A stretch of 64,000 bases of DNA from an uncultured Bacilli bacterium (GTDB lineage: Bacteria > Bacillota_I > Bacilli_A > RF39 > UBA660), in NCBI GenBank assembly GCA_947625575.1, contig CANQOV010000002.1, forward strand, positions 1,457-65,456. The letters run 5' to 3'. Below, piece by piece: positions 21,345 through 31,882 of the stretch. A program made the translations under genes and the position numbers. The stretch's first letter is position 1. Each line of letters opens with the position of its first letter. The notes under the pieces are model-generated. The model was given only the letters and a program-made list of their open reading frames with translations. It was not told the DNA's origin and did not search any database.

Positions 21345-21372
21345 ACAAGTTTTGAAAAAAACTTGTTTTTAG
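21344..21372 (+). terminator. rho-independent terminator
   Basis: AACAAGTTTT-gaaaaaa-AACTTGTT hairpin plus TTT. Confidence 0.55.
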
Positions 21373-21387
21373 TTTATAATGAAATAG

Positions 21388-23898
21388 GTGATAAACATGA
21401 AGAATATAGTGGAAAAGATACAGACTTATGCTTTGGAAGAGTTAATGGGAGAAAGATTTGGAAAGTATTCTAAATATATTATTCAAGATCGTGCGATTCC
21501 TGATGTTAGAGATGGTTTAAAACCAGTTCAAAGAAGAATACTTTATTCAATGTATATAAATAAAAATACTTATGATAAACCTGCTAGAAAAAGTGCTCAA
21601 ACTGTAGGAAATGTTTTAGGTCATTTTCATCCACATGGAGATACATCGGTATATGACGCAATGGTTAGATTATCCCAAGATTGGAAAATGGGACTTCCTC
21701 TTATCGATATGCAGGGTAATAATGGATCTATTGATGGTGATAGTGCAGCAGCATATCGTTATACTGAGGCAAGACTTGCTAAAGCAAGTAATGATCTTTT
21801 AAAAGAAATTGATAAAAATACAGTTGTTTTTGCTCCAAATTTTGATGATACAAGAATGGAGCCTACTGTTTTACCGGCAAAATTTCCTAATTTGTTAATT
21901 AATGGTACAACAGGTATATCAGCAGGATATGCTACTAATATACCTCCACATAACTTTGGAGAGATTATTGACGCTACTATTAAAAGAATTGATAATCCTA
22001 ACTGTAAAGAACAGACTATCCTTGATATTGTAAAGGGTCCTGATTTTCCTACTGGTGGTATTGCAATGGATTTGGAGGGTATTAGACAGGCTTTAACTAC
22101 TGGTAAGGGAAGAGTTGTTGTAAGAGCTAAAACAGAGATTGTTAAAGAAAAAAATAAATATGTTATTGTAGTTAGTGAAATACCATATGATGTTTTAAAA
22201 GTAAATATTGTAAGAAAAATTGATGAAATAAGAATTGATCATAAGATTGAGGGTATTATTGAAGTAAGAGATGAATCAGATAAAGAGGGTTTAAGAATTG
22301 CTATTGAAGTAAAAAAAGAAGCAAATCCAGAAGTAATACTTAATTATTTGTTTAAAAATACAGAATTACAGACTTCATATAATTATAATATGGTTGCTAT
22401 TGTTAATAGAAGACCAAAACTTTTGTCTTTAGTGGAAATAATAGATGCTTATATAGCCCATTATAAAGAGGTTATTGTCAATAGAACAAAGTTTGATTTA
22501 GATGTGGCTAAGAAAAGATATCATATAGTTGAAGGTCTTATGAAAGCTATTTCTATTTTAGATGAAGTTATTCAAATTATACGTAGTAGTAAGAATAAAC
22601 AAGATTCAAAAGATAATTTAGTTAAGAAGTATGCATTTACTGATGAACAAGCTGAAGCTATTGTAACTTTACAATTATATAGATTAAGTAATACGGATAT
22701 TACATTATTAGAAGAAGAGAAGAAAAATCTAGAATTTATAATTGATTCTTTAACAAAGATATTAAATAATGATGAAGAGTTACATACAGTTATGAAAAAT
22801 GAACTAAAAGCTATGAAAAAAGAGTATGCAACTGAACGTAAGACATTGATATCTTTAGATGATGTTGATATTAAAATAGATCAAGAAGTATTAATACCTA
22901 AAGAAGAAGTTGTAACTTTAATTACTAAAGATGGTTATATTAAAAGAACAAGTAAAAGAGCTTATCTTGCTAATACAGAAGAGGCTTTTGTTAAAGAGCA
23001 AGACTATGTTATTGGACTTTTCTTTCAATCTACTTTGGATACAGTTTTGTTATTTACTAATCTTGGAAATTATTTGTATTTACCAGTTTATGAAATACCT
23101 GATATTAAATGGAAAACGTTGGGTAAACACATCTCTAATATTATTAAATTAGAAGAACAAGAACAGATAGTGGCAGCGATTCCAATTAAGAATTTTGATG
23201 TGGATAGCAATATTGTTATTGCCAGTAAAAATGGTATGATAAAGAAAACTTCTGTTAGAGAGTTTAAAGTAAGTCGTTATTCTAAACCTATTTCTTGTAT
23301 GAAGTTAAAAGAAAATGATTCTGTTATCTCAGCTTTTGTAGCAGTGCATAGTGATATTATGGTTGTGACAAAGCATGGAAGTAGTTTATGGTTTGATGTT
23401 AATGAGATACCTGATACAGGAATTAAGTCAGCAGGTGTTAAATCAATTACTTTAAAAAATGATGAAGTTGTCAGTGCTTTAAATTTTGCTAAAGATCAAG
23501 AGTATGTGATAGTTATTACTGATAAAGGCAGTGCTAAAAGGGTTAGATTGGAAGAGTTTGAAAAACAAGTTCGTACTAGAAAAGGATTAACTATTCTAAA
23601 AGAAGTTAAGACTAATCCATATTGTGTGTTGTGTGCTTTAATGGCTTCGAATAAAGATTACATTGGAATTAAAACAATAGATTCTATTGAAACATTGAAA
23701 GCTACAGAAATACCTATATCAGATAGATATAAGACAGGCTCTACAATTGTTAAAAAACAAATTTTAGAAGCTTTTGTAATCTGTCAAGCAACTAGTGAAG
23801 TTATACCTGTTATAGAAGATAAACCGAAAGTAAATGAACAAATATCTTTACTAGAGATAGATGACGAATTAAAAAAGATAGATGATATGTTAAAGTAG
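21388..23898 (+). CDS. parC: DNA topoisomerase IV subunit A (GyrA/ParC family)
   Basis: ParC-type N-terminus (LMGERFGKYSKYIIQDRAIPDVRDGLKPVQRRILYSM) and an active-site AAYRYTEARL region. No parE is adjacent. Confidence 0.8.
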   Translation: MINMKNIVEKIQTYALEELMGERFGKYSKYIIQDRAIPDVRDGLKPVQRRILYSMYINKNTYDKPARKSAQTVGNVLGHFHPHGDTSVYDAMVRLSQDWKMGLPLIDMQGNNGSIDGDSAAAYRYTEARLAKASNDLLKEIDKNTVVFAPNFDDTRMEPTVLPAKFPNLLINGTTGISAGYATNIPPHNFGEIIDATIKRIDNPNCKEQTILDIVKGPDFPTGGIAMDLEGIRQALTTGKGRVVVRAKTEIVKEKNKYVIVVSEIPYDVLKVNIVRKIDEIRIDHKIEGIIEVRDESDKEGLRIAIEVKKEANPEVILNYLFKNTELQTSYNYNMVAIVNRRPKLLSLVEIIDAYIAHYKEVIVNRTKFDLDVAKKRYHIVEGLMKAISILDEVIQIIRSSKNKQDSKDNLVKKYAFTDEQAEAIVTLQLYRLSNTDITLLEEEKKNLEFIIDSLTKILNNDEELHTVMKNELKAMKKEYATERKTLISLDDVDIKIDQEVLIPKEEVVTLITKDGYIKRTSKRAYLANTEEAFVKEQDYVIGLFFQSTLDTVLLFTNLGNYLYLPVYEIPDIKWKTLGKHISNIIKLEEQEQIVAAIPIKNFDVDSNIVIASKNGMIKKTSVREFKVSRYSKPISCMKLKENDSVISAFVAVHSDIMVVTKHGSSLWFDVNEIPDTGIKSAGVKSITLKNDEVVSALNFAKDQEYVIVITDKGSAKRVRLEEFEKQVRTRKGLTILKEVKTNPYCVLCALMASNKDYIGIKTIDSIETLKATEIPISDRYKTGSTIVKKQILEAFVICQATSEVIPVIEDKPKVNEQISLLEIDDELKKIDDMLK

Positions 23899-23972
23899 TG
23901 AAACTTAAATATTTTACTACTTTTTTATTTTGTTTTTATAGTCTTTTTGATATAATTTTTGTAGGAGTAATT

Positions 23973-26342
23973 ATGGAAATATTAGACTATATAAAAGATA
24001 AGACAATTATTGTTTGTAATTCTAGTTATAAAAAATATATTTTAGATAAAGTTAGTGATAGTGATAAGGTCTATCATCTTAAATTTTATAGTAGAAAAGA
24101 TTTTATTGATCATTATTATTTTTCTTATGATTATTTAACTATTAGCTATGTAATGGAAAAATATAATGTGTCTTATGATACGGCTTGTATATATTTAAAT
24201 AATTTAGTCTATGTTAATGGTGATAGTGATTTTAGTAATTTAAAATTTTTATATAACTTAAAAGAAGAATTAATTAGTGAAAAGTTACTTTATTTTGATG
24301 ATAGTTTTACTAATTATTTAAAAGATTATCATATTTTATTTGTAGGGATACCATATTTTACTAAGTTAGAAGAAGATATGATAAAAAAATTAAAATTAAC
24401 TAATTCTTTGGAAATTGTTAATGATAATAATAAATATGTTAGGGAAATAGTTTATCATGCAACTTATATGGAAGATGAGATTAGTTTTGTTTGTGATAGG
24501 ATTTCATCTTTATTACATGACGGGGTGGATATAAATAGAATAAAACTATGTAATGTTAGTGATGACTATATTAATTGTATTGAAAAAATATTTGGTTTTT
24601 ATAATATTCCTATTTGTTTTGATAAACATTATTTGTTTGGACTTAATATTGCTAAAGAGTTTTTAGATTTATATGAAGATAAGTCTTTAGAAGAAGTTAT
24701 AGACATTTTAAAAGATAAATATGATAAGAGTCTTTTAAATAAGATTGTAAGTATTGTTAATAAGTATGTTTTAATAGAAAATAAAGATATTAAAAGACAG
24801 TTTATTATTCATGATATGAAGTGTAGTTTTGTAGGTGATATTCTTAATAATAGGGTTTCGGTTATTGATTTATTAAATGATTATATTGATAAAGATGATT
24901 ATGTCTTTTTAATTAATTTTAATCAAAATGCTGTTTTAAAGTTTGTTAAAGATGAAGATTATATTACAGATGTAATGAAAGATAAGTTATTAATTGATTT
25001 AGTTAAAGATACTAATATTAAGATAAAAGAAGCTACTATTAAAAGATTATTTTCAATTAATAATTTAGTTATTAGTTATAAAGATGAAAGTTTTTATAAT
25101 AGTTTTTATCCTAGTAATTTAATTAGTGAGTTAGGATTAAAAGTTGTTTTAGTTGATAAAAAATTAGTTAGTTATTCTAATTTATATTCTTCTTTAAAAC
25201 TTGCTAGTATGCTTGATAATTTTATTATGTATGGACAAAAAGATGAAGATTTAGAAATTTTTTATAGTAATTTTCCTATTTTATATAGAAAGTATGATAA
25301 TAGATACAGTATACTTGATGATGATTTTAAAAACTATTATAAAGAGGGATTAGTTTTATCATATTCTAATATGAATATGTATAATTTATGTAATTTTGCT
25401 TATTATGTTAGTAATGTTTTAAATTTAAATATTTATGAAGATAATTTTGCTAGTTATATTGGTAGTTTATTTCACTATGTTTTACAACATTATTTTAAAG
25501 ATAATATTAGTATTTTAGATAGTGTTAATAGTTTTACTCTTAATAACAGAGAATTAAATGCAAAAGAGAATTTTTTTGTATCAAAGTTAGTTAAAGAGAT
25601 AGAGTTTGTTGTTAATTCTATAGAAAAACAAATGAAGTTTTCTAGTTTAGATAAAGCATTATATGAAGAAAGAATAGTTGTAGATATAAAAGATGAAGTA
25701 CCAGTAATTTTTAAAGGTTTTGTGGATAAACTTCTATATAAAGATGTTTTGGGAAAAAAGGTTGTAGCTATTATTGATTATAAAACTGGCAATTGTGATA
25801 TTGATTTAAGTTTAAGTAAGTATGGTATTAATTTACAACTTCCTGTCTATTTATATTTAGTTAAAAATGGATTGGATAAAAATGTTATTTTTGCAGGATT
25901 TTATTTACAAAAAATACTAAATGATGTTCCTTTAATTGATAAAGATGAAGATATTTTAGTTAATAAGTATAAAAATTTAAAATTAAAGGGATATTCTAAT
26001 AGTGATTTTGATATTTTGAGTTTATTTGATAAGTCTTATAAAGATAGTGAAGTTATTAGTTCTATGAAGATTAAAAATAATGGAGATTTTTATAGTTATT
26101 CTAAAGTTTTATCTAATTTAGAAATTGATAATTTAATTAATCTTGTTCAGGAACAAATATTAAAAACTAAAGAAGGTATTTTAAATAGAAGATTTGATAT
26201 TAATCCTAAAAAAGTAGCTTTAGTTAATTTAGGATGTAGATTTTGTAAGTTTAAAGATATTTGTTTTGTTTCTTCTGGTGATGTTGTGGAACTTCAAAAA
26301 GAAAAAGATTTATCCTTTTTAGGGGGTGATGTTGATGCCTAA
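23973..26342 (+). CDS. addB: ATP-dependent helicase/nuclease AddAB subunit B
   Basis: It sits immediately upstream of and overlaps addA. A C-terminal RecB-type nuclease region has an Fe-S Cys cluster (CRFCKFKDIC). AGGAG SD before ATG 23973. Confidence 0.75.
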   Translation: MEILDYIKDKTIIVCNSSYKKYILDKVSDSDKVYHLKFYSRKDFIDHYYFSYDYLTISYVMEKYNVSYDTACIYLNNLVYVNGDSDFSNLKFLYNLKEELISEKLLYFDDSFTNYLKDYHILFVGIPYFTKLEEDMIKKLKLTNSLEIVNDNNKYVREIVYHATYMEDEISFVCDRISSLLHDGVDINRIKLCNVSDDYINCIEKIFGFYNIPICFDKHYLFGLNIAKEFLDLYEDKSLEEVIDILKDKYDKSLLNKIVSIVNKYVLIENKDIKRQFIIHDMKCSFVGDILNNRVSVIDLLNDYIDKDDYVFLINFNQNAVLKFVKDEDYITDVMKDKLLIDLVKDTNIKIKEATIKRLFSINNLVISYKDESFYNSFYPSNLISELGLKVVLVDKKLVSYSNLYSSLKLASMLDNFIMYGQKDEDLEIFYSNFPILYRKYDNRYSILDDDFKNYYKEGLVLSYSNMNMYNLCNFAYYVSNVLNLNIYEDNFASYIGSLFHYVLQHYFKDNISILDSVNSFTLNNRELNAKENFFVSKLVKEIEFVVNSIEKQMKFSSLDKALYEERIVVDIKDEVPVIFKGFVDKLLYKDVLGKKVVAIIDYKTGNCDIDLSLSKYGINLQLPVYLYLVKNGLDKNVIFAGFYLQKILNDVPLIDKDEDILVNKYKNLKLKGYSNSDFDILSLFDKSYKDSEVISSMKIKNNGDFYSYSKVLSNLEIDNLINLVQEQILKTKEGILNRRFDINPKKVALVNLGCRFCKFKDICFVSSGDVVELQKEKDLSFLGGDVDA

Positions 26343-29300
26343 TTGGACAAAAGAACAATTGGACGCAATTAATTTGGATGGTAGTAATATCATCGTTAGT
26401 GCGGGAGCAGGAAGTGGAAAGACTGCTGTTTTAACTAGTAGAGTTATTAGAAAATTAAAAAATGGTGTAGATATAGATAAATTACTTGTTTTAACTTTTA
26501 CTAATGAAGCTGCTTTAGAGATGAAAGATAGAATTAGAACAGCAATTAGTAAAGAAGAGGATTTAAAAAAACAGTTAGATTATTTAGATCAAGCTTATAT
26601 TACTACTTTTGATAGTTATGCACTTTCAATTGTTAAAAAATATCATTATTTACTTGGCGTTGATAAAAATGTAAGTATTGTTGATAGTAGCATTATTAAT
26701 GTTTTAAAAAGAAAGTATTTAGAAAAGATATTTTTAGATAGATATGAAAAGCAAGATGAAAACTTTTTAAAATTAATTAGTGATTTTTGTAATAAAGATG
26801 ATAAAGCTATTTTTAATGCTATTCTAAGTTTGGATAATAAATTAGATTTAAGATATGATAAAGTAAGTTATTTAAAAAATTATGTGGATAACTATTTTAA
26901 TGATGATTATATTTTAAATTTGTTTAAAGAATATGAAAAGTTACTTTTAGATAAAGTAAAGTCTATAAAAGATGTTTTAGATGAGATAAAAGCTAAAGTA
27001 GATAGGGATATTTATTTAAAATATTATGTTTGCTTGGAACAAATTATTTCTTCTTCTAATTATTTAGAAATAAAAAATAATTGTAACATAAAGCTTCCTG
27101 TTATTAAAAATACATCTTGTATCGATGTAGAAAAAGAGAGTATAAAAGCTATTTTAGAAGAGTTAAAAAATGATTGTATTTTTGATAATTATGAGGAAAT
27201 CTATAATATATATTTTTCCACATCACCATACATAGAAGCGATTATTAATATTATATTGGACCTTAATGTGAAGATATTAGAATTTAAGAAGAGTAAGAAT
27301 ACTTTTGAGTTTGTTGATATTTCTAAAATGGCAATTGATGTTGTTTTAAATAATAGTGATGTAAGAGAACAGTTAAAGAGTTTTTATAATGAAATTATGG
27401 TTGATGAGTATCAAGATACTAATGATTTACAAGAGATGTTTATTAGTTTGATTAGTAATAATAATGTTTATATGGTTGGAGATGTTAAACAGTCTATTTA
27501 TAGGTTTAGAAATGCTAATCCAAAGATATTTAAAGATAAGTATGAAAGTTATGAAAAGGGTGAGGGAGGGCTTAAGATTGATTTAGTTAAGAATTTCCGT
27601 TCTAGAGAAGAAGTTTTAGATGATATAAATATATTATTTGATAAAGTTATGGACTCTTTTATTGGGGGTGCTAATTACAAAGAATCACATCGAATGGTTT
27701 TTGGTAATAATGCTTATTTGGATAATGGGGATAATCATTTAAATAATCATTTAGAAATATATAATTATGATAGTGAAGATAAAAGTTATTCTAAAGAGGA
27801 AAAAGAAATCTTTATTATAGGGCATGATATTAAAAATAAAGTTAGTAGTGGTTATCTTGTTTTTGATAAAGAGACTGGACTTTTAAGAAAAGTTAAGTAT
27901 TCTGATTTTTGTATTATTTTAGATCGTGGTAAAGAGTTTGATAGATATAGACAAATATTTGAATATTTAGGAATTACTCTTAATGTTTATGAAGATAGTA
28001 AGCTTACTGTGGAAAATGATATTTTAGTTCTTAAGAATTTAATTAAACTTATTTTATTTATTAAAAATAATGTTAGTTTGAAAGATAAAGAATTATTATA
28101 TTGTTTTGTATCTGTTGGACGTAGTTTTTTAATTGATTATAAAGATAGTGAAATATATAAGATTATTAATAATGTTGAACTTTTAAAAGAGTCTAGTTTA
28201 TATACTAAGTGTGTTGATATTGCTAAAAGTATGGATAATTTAACTAGTGCTATGCTTTTAGATATGATTGTAGAAAAGTTTAATTATTATGAAAAGTTAA
28301 TTAATGCTTTTAATATTTCTAAAGCTAATGTAAGAATTGATTATTTAAAAAATATTGCTTTTCAATTAGAGAATTTAGGTTATACTGTAGAAATGTTTTT
28401 AGAATATTTAGAAGATATGATTAATGATAGTGATAGTGATATTAAATATAAAGTTAATAATCATGATTTAGATAGTGTTAAGATTATGAATATTCATAAA
28501 TCTAAGGGATTAGAGTTTCCTATTTGTTATTTTGCAGGATTTCATAAAGATTTTAATGTTAGTGATATAAAAGACAAGTTTTTATATGATAAAGATTATG
28601 GAATAATTACTCCTTATTATAAAGAGGGAATAGGTAGTTTTATTAATAAAAGATGTTATGCTTATAAGTTTTATCTTGAAGAGATTTCTGAGAGAATTAG
28701 ACTTTTTTATGTAGCGGTTACTAGAGCTAGAGAAAAGATGATAATTGTTACTAGTTTTGATACAGAGGAAGAAGATAAGTCTATAAATGAAATGGTAAGT
28801 GATAGAAATAGATTAAAATATAGATCTTTTTTAGATATTATATCTTCGATTAAGAGTGATTTGGAAAAGTTTGTTGTTAATATTAATTTAGATGATATTA
28901 AGATGAGTAAAGATTATAAATTAATTAAGAGTGTTAACTATGAAGATTATATTGATAAAACAGATGTAGTTATAGATAAATATACTAATATAATAGATAG
29001 TGAAGTTTTGGAAAAAGAACACTTTTCTAAAGTAAATAATAATTTAATTACTAAAGATGAAAAAATTAATATGGATAAGGGTATTAAATTACATGAGATA
29101 TTTGAAAGAGAAGACTTTTTAAATCCTAGTAATGATTATGTTAAAAGATTTCTTTTACATGAAGAGTTTAAAGATATTAATAAGGGGAAAATCTATAAAG
29201 AATATGAGTTTAGTTATAGTGATTTAAATGTTGTTTATAATGGAATTATTGACTTACTTATTGTGTTTAGTGATAGAGTTATGATTGTAGATTATAAGAT

Positions 29301-29433
29301 GTATCATATAGAAGATGATTTGTATAATAAACAGTTGTTGGGATATAAAAATTATATTGCTAAGAAGTTTAATTTGCCTGTTGATACTTATTTATATTCT
29401 ATTTTGAGTGATGTTTTAGAAAAGATTAGTTAG
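26329..29433 (+). CDS. addA: ATP-dependent helicase/nuclease AddAB subunit A
   Basis: UvrD-type motifs (AGAGSGKT, VDEYQDTN, GDVKQSIYRFR, LTRAREKM) and a C-terminal nuclease domain (DLLIVFSDRVMIVDYK). The start may be ATG 26329 or 26335. Confidence 0.85.
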   Translation: MLMPNWTKEQLDAINLDGSNIIVSAGAGSGKTAVLTSRVIRKLKNGVDIDKLLVLTFTNEAALEMKDRIRTAISKEEDLKKQLDYLDQAYITTFDSYALSIVKKYHYLLGVDKNVSIVDSSIINVLKRKYLEKIFLDRYEKQDENFLKLISDFCNKDDKAIFNAILSLDNKLDLRYDKVSYLKNYVDNYFNDDYILNLFKEYEKLLLDKVKSIKDVLDEIKAKVDRDIYLKYYVCLEQIISSSNYLEIKNNCNIKLPVIKNTSCIDVEKESIKAILEELKNDCIFDNYEEIYNIYFSTSPYIEAIINIILDLNVKILEFKKSKNTFEFVDISKMAIDVVLNNSDVREQLKSFYNEIMVDEYQDTNDLQEMFISLISNNNVYMVGDVKQSIYRFRNANPKIFKDKYESYEKGEGGLKIDLVKNFRSREEVLDDINILFDKVMDSFIGGANYKESHRMVFGNNAYLDNGDNHLNNHLEIYNYDSEDKSYSKEEKEIFIIGHDIKNKVSSGYLVFDKETGLLRKVKYSDFCIILDRGKEFDRYRQIFEYLGITLNVYEDSKLTVENDILVLKNLIKLILFIKNNVSLKDKELLYCFVSVGRSFLIDYKDSEIYKIINNVELLKESSLYTKCVDIAKSMDNLTSAMLLDMIVEKFNYYEKLINAFNISKANVRIDYLKNIAFQLENLGYTVEMFLEYLEDMINDSDSDIKYKVNNHDLDSVKIMNIHKSKGLEFPICYFAGFHKDFNVSDIKDKFLYDKDYGIITPYYKEGIGSFINKRCYAYKFYLEEISERIRLFYVAVTRAREKMIIVTSFDTEEEDKSINEMVSDRNRLKYRSFLDIISSIKSDLEKFVVNINLDDIKMSKDYKLIKSVNYEDYIDKTDVVIDKYTNIIDSEVLEKEHFSKVNNNLITKDEKINMDKGIKLHEIFEREDFLNPSNDYVKRFLLHEEFKDINKGKIYKEYEFSYSDLNVVYNGIIDLLIVFSDRVMIVDYKMYHIEDDLYNKQLLGYKNYIAKKFNLPVDTYLYSILSDVLEKIS

Positions 29434-29489
29434 TACTTTTTATTTTTAATTATTTAGGTTATAATTATTTTAGAATAGAGGGGAATAAT

Positions 29490-31802
29490 ATGATAAAAAA
29501 AGATGAGTTAGTTAAGTTAAATGATTATTTTAATGCTTTAAATTATTTGTCTTGTGGGCAACTTTATTTATTAGATAATCCTTTGTTAAAAAGAAAGTTA
29601 CAGATGTATGATATTAAGAATAAAGTTGTAGGACATTTTGGTACTGTTCCAGCTCAAAATTTTATTTATACGCATTTAAATAGAATTATTAAAAAATATG
29701 ATTTAGATTTATTTTATATTTCAGGACCGGGGCATGGTGGAGAGGCTATGGTTAGTCAAGCTTATTTAGACGGGGTTTATAGTGAGATTTATCCTAATAT
29801 TACACTTGATGAAGCTGGTATGAAAAAGTTGTTTAAACAATTTAGTTTTCCTAAAGGAATATCAAGTCATGCTGATGCAAAAGTACCGGGCTCAATCCAT
29901 GAGGGAGGAGAGTTGGGATATAGTCTTGCTCATGCTTATGGAGCAGTTTTAGACAATCCAGATTTAATTGTTTGTTGTTGTGTGGGAGATGGGGAAGCAG
30001 AAACAGGACCACTTGCGGCTTCTTGGCATTGTAATAAATTAATTAATCCAAAGATTGACGGAACTGTTTTGCCAATTTTGAATTTAAATGGATATAAGAT
30101 TGCTAATCCTACAATTTTGGGAAGGATGAGTAATGAAGAGTTAATTAGTTATTTTACTTCAATGGGATATCATCCTTATATTGTAAGTGGTAGTGATATT
30201 AATGTTCATAAGAAAATGGCTAATGTTTTAGATAAGATTGTCTTGGAAATAAAAGAGATTAAAAAAAGTAGTAGTAGACATATTATGTGGCCTATGGTTA
30301 TACTTAAGACACCAAAAGGGTGGACAGGGCCAAAGTTAGTTGGAGGAAAAATGGTAGAAAACAGTTTTAGATCACATCAGATACCTCTTACTGTTGATAA
30401 GTTGCACCCAGAGAATTTGGAAATTTTAGAAAAATGGTTAAAGAGTTATAAACCAGAAAGATTATTTGATGAAAATGGTGTTTTAAAGAAAAGATTAAGA
30501 GATATGCTACCAGTTGGGGATAAGAGGATTAGTGCTAATATCCATACTAATGGAGGACTTTTATTAAAAGAGTTAGATGTTCCTAATTTTGAAGATTATG
30601 CTGTTAAGATTAAAAGACCGGGACAGATAAAAAAAGAAGATATGAGATGTCTTGGAAAGTTTGTTAGAGATATTATTGTTAGAAATCCTGATAACTTTAA
30701 AGTATTTGGACCAGATGAAGCTTTATCAAATAGATTAAATGCAATATTTGATGTCACTAAAAGAAAATGGAACGATAAGGTTTTACCAACTGATGAAGAT
30801 TTGGCTAGTGACGGTAAGATTATTGATTCTATTTTGTCTGAACATGTAGTGGAGGGTATGCTTGAGGGTTATATTCTTACAGGAAGACATGGATTTATGC
30901 ATAGTTATGAAGCTTTTATTAGAATTGTGGATTCAATGGCTAGTCAACATGCAAAGTGGTTAAAGGTTTGTAATGAACTTTATTGGAGAGAAGATATTGC
31001 TTCTTTAAATTATGTTTTAACTTCTCATATTTGGCAACAAGATCATAATGGTTATACACATCAAGATCCGGGATTTTTAAATCATTTAGCTACTAAAAAA
31101 GCTGATATTGTGAGGATGTATTTACCAATTGATGCGAATACGTTAATTTGTTGTTTTGATCATATTATTAAAACAAAAAATTATATAAATGTGGTTGTGG
31201 CTTCAAAACATCCTAGTTATCAATGGCTCGATATGGATAAAGCGAAAGAACTTTGCAAAGAGGGAGCAGGAATTCTAGATTTTGCGTCATGTGATGGGAA
31301 ATGTGATGTTGTTTTAGCAGGGTGTGGAGATACACCAACTTTAGAAGTTTTAGCTTGTAAGAAGTTACTTACTGAATATGTTCCTAGTTTAAAGGTAAGG
31401 GTTGTTAGTGTTATTGATTTGATGAAATTAGATTCAAAACACCCACATGGTTTATCCGATTTAGAGTATGATAAGTTATTTACTGTAGATAAACCAATTA
31501 TTTTTGCTTTCCATGGTTATCCTAATTTAATCCATGAACTTACTTATAAAAGAAAAAATCGTAATTTACACGTTCATGGTTATATGGAAGAAGGTGCAAT
31601 TACAACACCATTTGATATGCGAGTTATTAATAAAATAGATAGATATCATTTAGCATTAGATGTCATGAAATACGTTAAAGATGTTCATGGAAAAGACACA
31701 TTATGTAAATATTGTTATGAAATGCTTGATAAACATGATAAATATATTGCTAAGTACGGTATTGATATGAAAGAAGTTAGAGATTTTAAATGGAACGATT
31801 AA
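29490..31802 (+). CDS. xfp: xylulose-5-phosphate/fructose-6-phosphate phosphoketolase
   Basis: ~770 aa with a TPP-binding region (GHGG, EGGELGYSL, GDGEAETGPL). Confidence 0.85.
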   Translation: MIKKDELVKLNDYFNALNYLSCGQLYLLDNPLLKRKLQMYDIKNKVVGHFGTVPAQNFIYTHLNRIIKKYDLDLFYISGPGHGGEAMVSQAYLDGVYSEIYPNITLDEAGMKKLFKQFSFPKGISSHADAKVPGSIHEGGELGYSLAHAYGAVLDNPDLIVCCCVGDGEAETGPLAASWHCNKLINPKIDGTVLPILNLNGYKIANPTILGRMSNEELISYFTSMGYHPYIVSGSDINVHKKMANVLDKIVLEIKEIKKSSSRHIMWPMVILKTPKGWTGPKLVGGKMVENSFRSHQIPLTVDKLHPENLEILEKWLKSYKPERLFDENGVLKKRLRDMLPVGDKRISANIHTNGGLLLKELDVPNFEDYAVKIKRPGQIKKEDMRCLGKFVRDIIVRNPDNFKVFGPDEALSNRLNAIFDVTKRKWNDKVLPTDEDLASDGKIIDSILSEHVVEGMLEGYILTGRHGFMHSYEAFIRIVDSMASQHAKWLKVCNELYWREDIASLNYVLTSHIWQQDHNGYTHQDPGFLNHLATKKADIVRMYLPIDANTLICCFDHIIKTKNYINVVVASKHPSYQWLDMDKAKELCKEGAGILDFASCDGKCDVVLAGCGDTPTLEVLACKKLLTEYVPSLKVRVVSVIDLMKLDSKHPHGLSDLEYDKLFTVDKPIIFAFHGYPNLIHELTYKRKNRNLHVHGYMEEGAITTPFDMRVINKIDRYHLALDVMKYVKDVHGKDTLCKYCYEMLDKHDKYIAKYGIDMKEVRDFKWND

Positions 31803-31823
31803 ATGCCTTGGGGCATTTTTTTG
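31803..31823 (+). terminator. rho-independent terminator
   Basis: ATGCCTTGGGGCAT hairpin plus T7. Confidence 0.6.
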
Positions 31824-31828
31824 TTAGG

Positions 31829-31858
31829 GTTGAAAAGATATAAATTTTGTAGTATAAT
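31829..31858 (+). promoter_or_regulatory. sigma-A-type promoter (TTGAAA-17-TATAAT)
   Basis: A -35 TTGAAA and a -10 TATAAT with a 17-bp spacer, upstream of the HA-repeat gene. Confidence 0.5.
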
Positions 31859-31882
31859 ATGAAGACAAAAGGTGGGATTTAT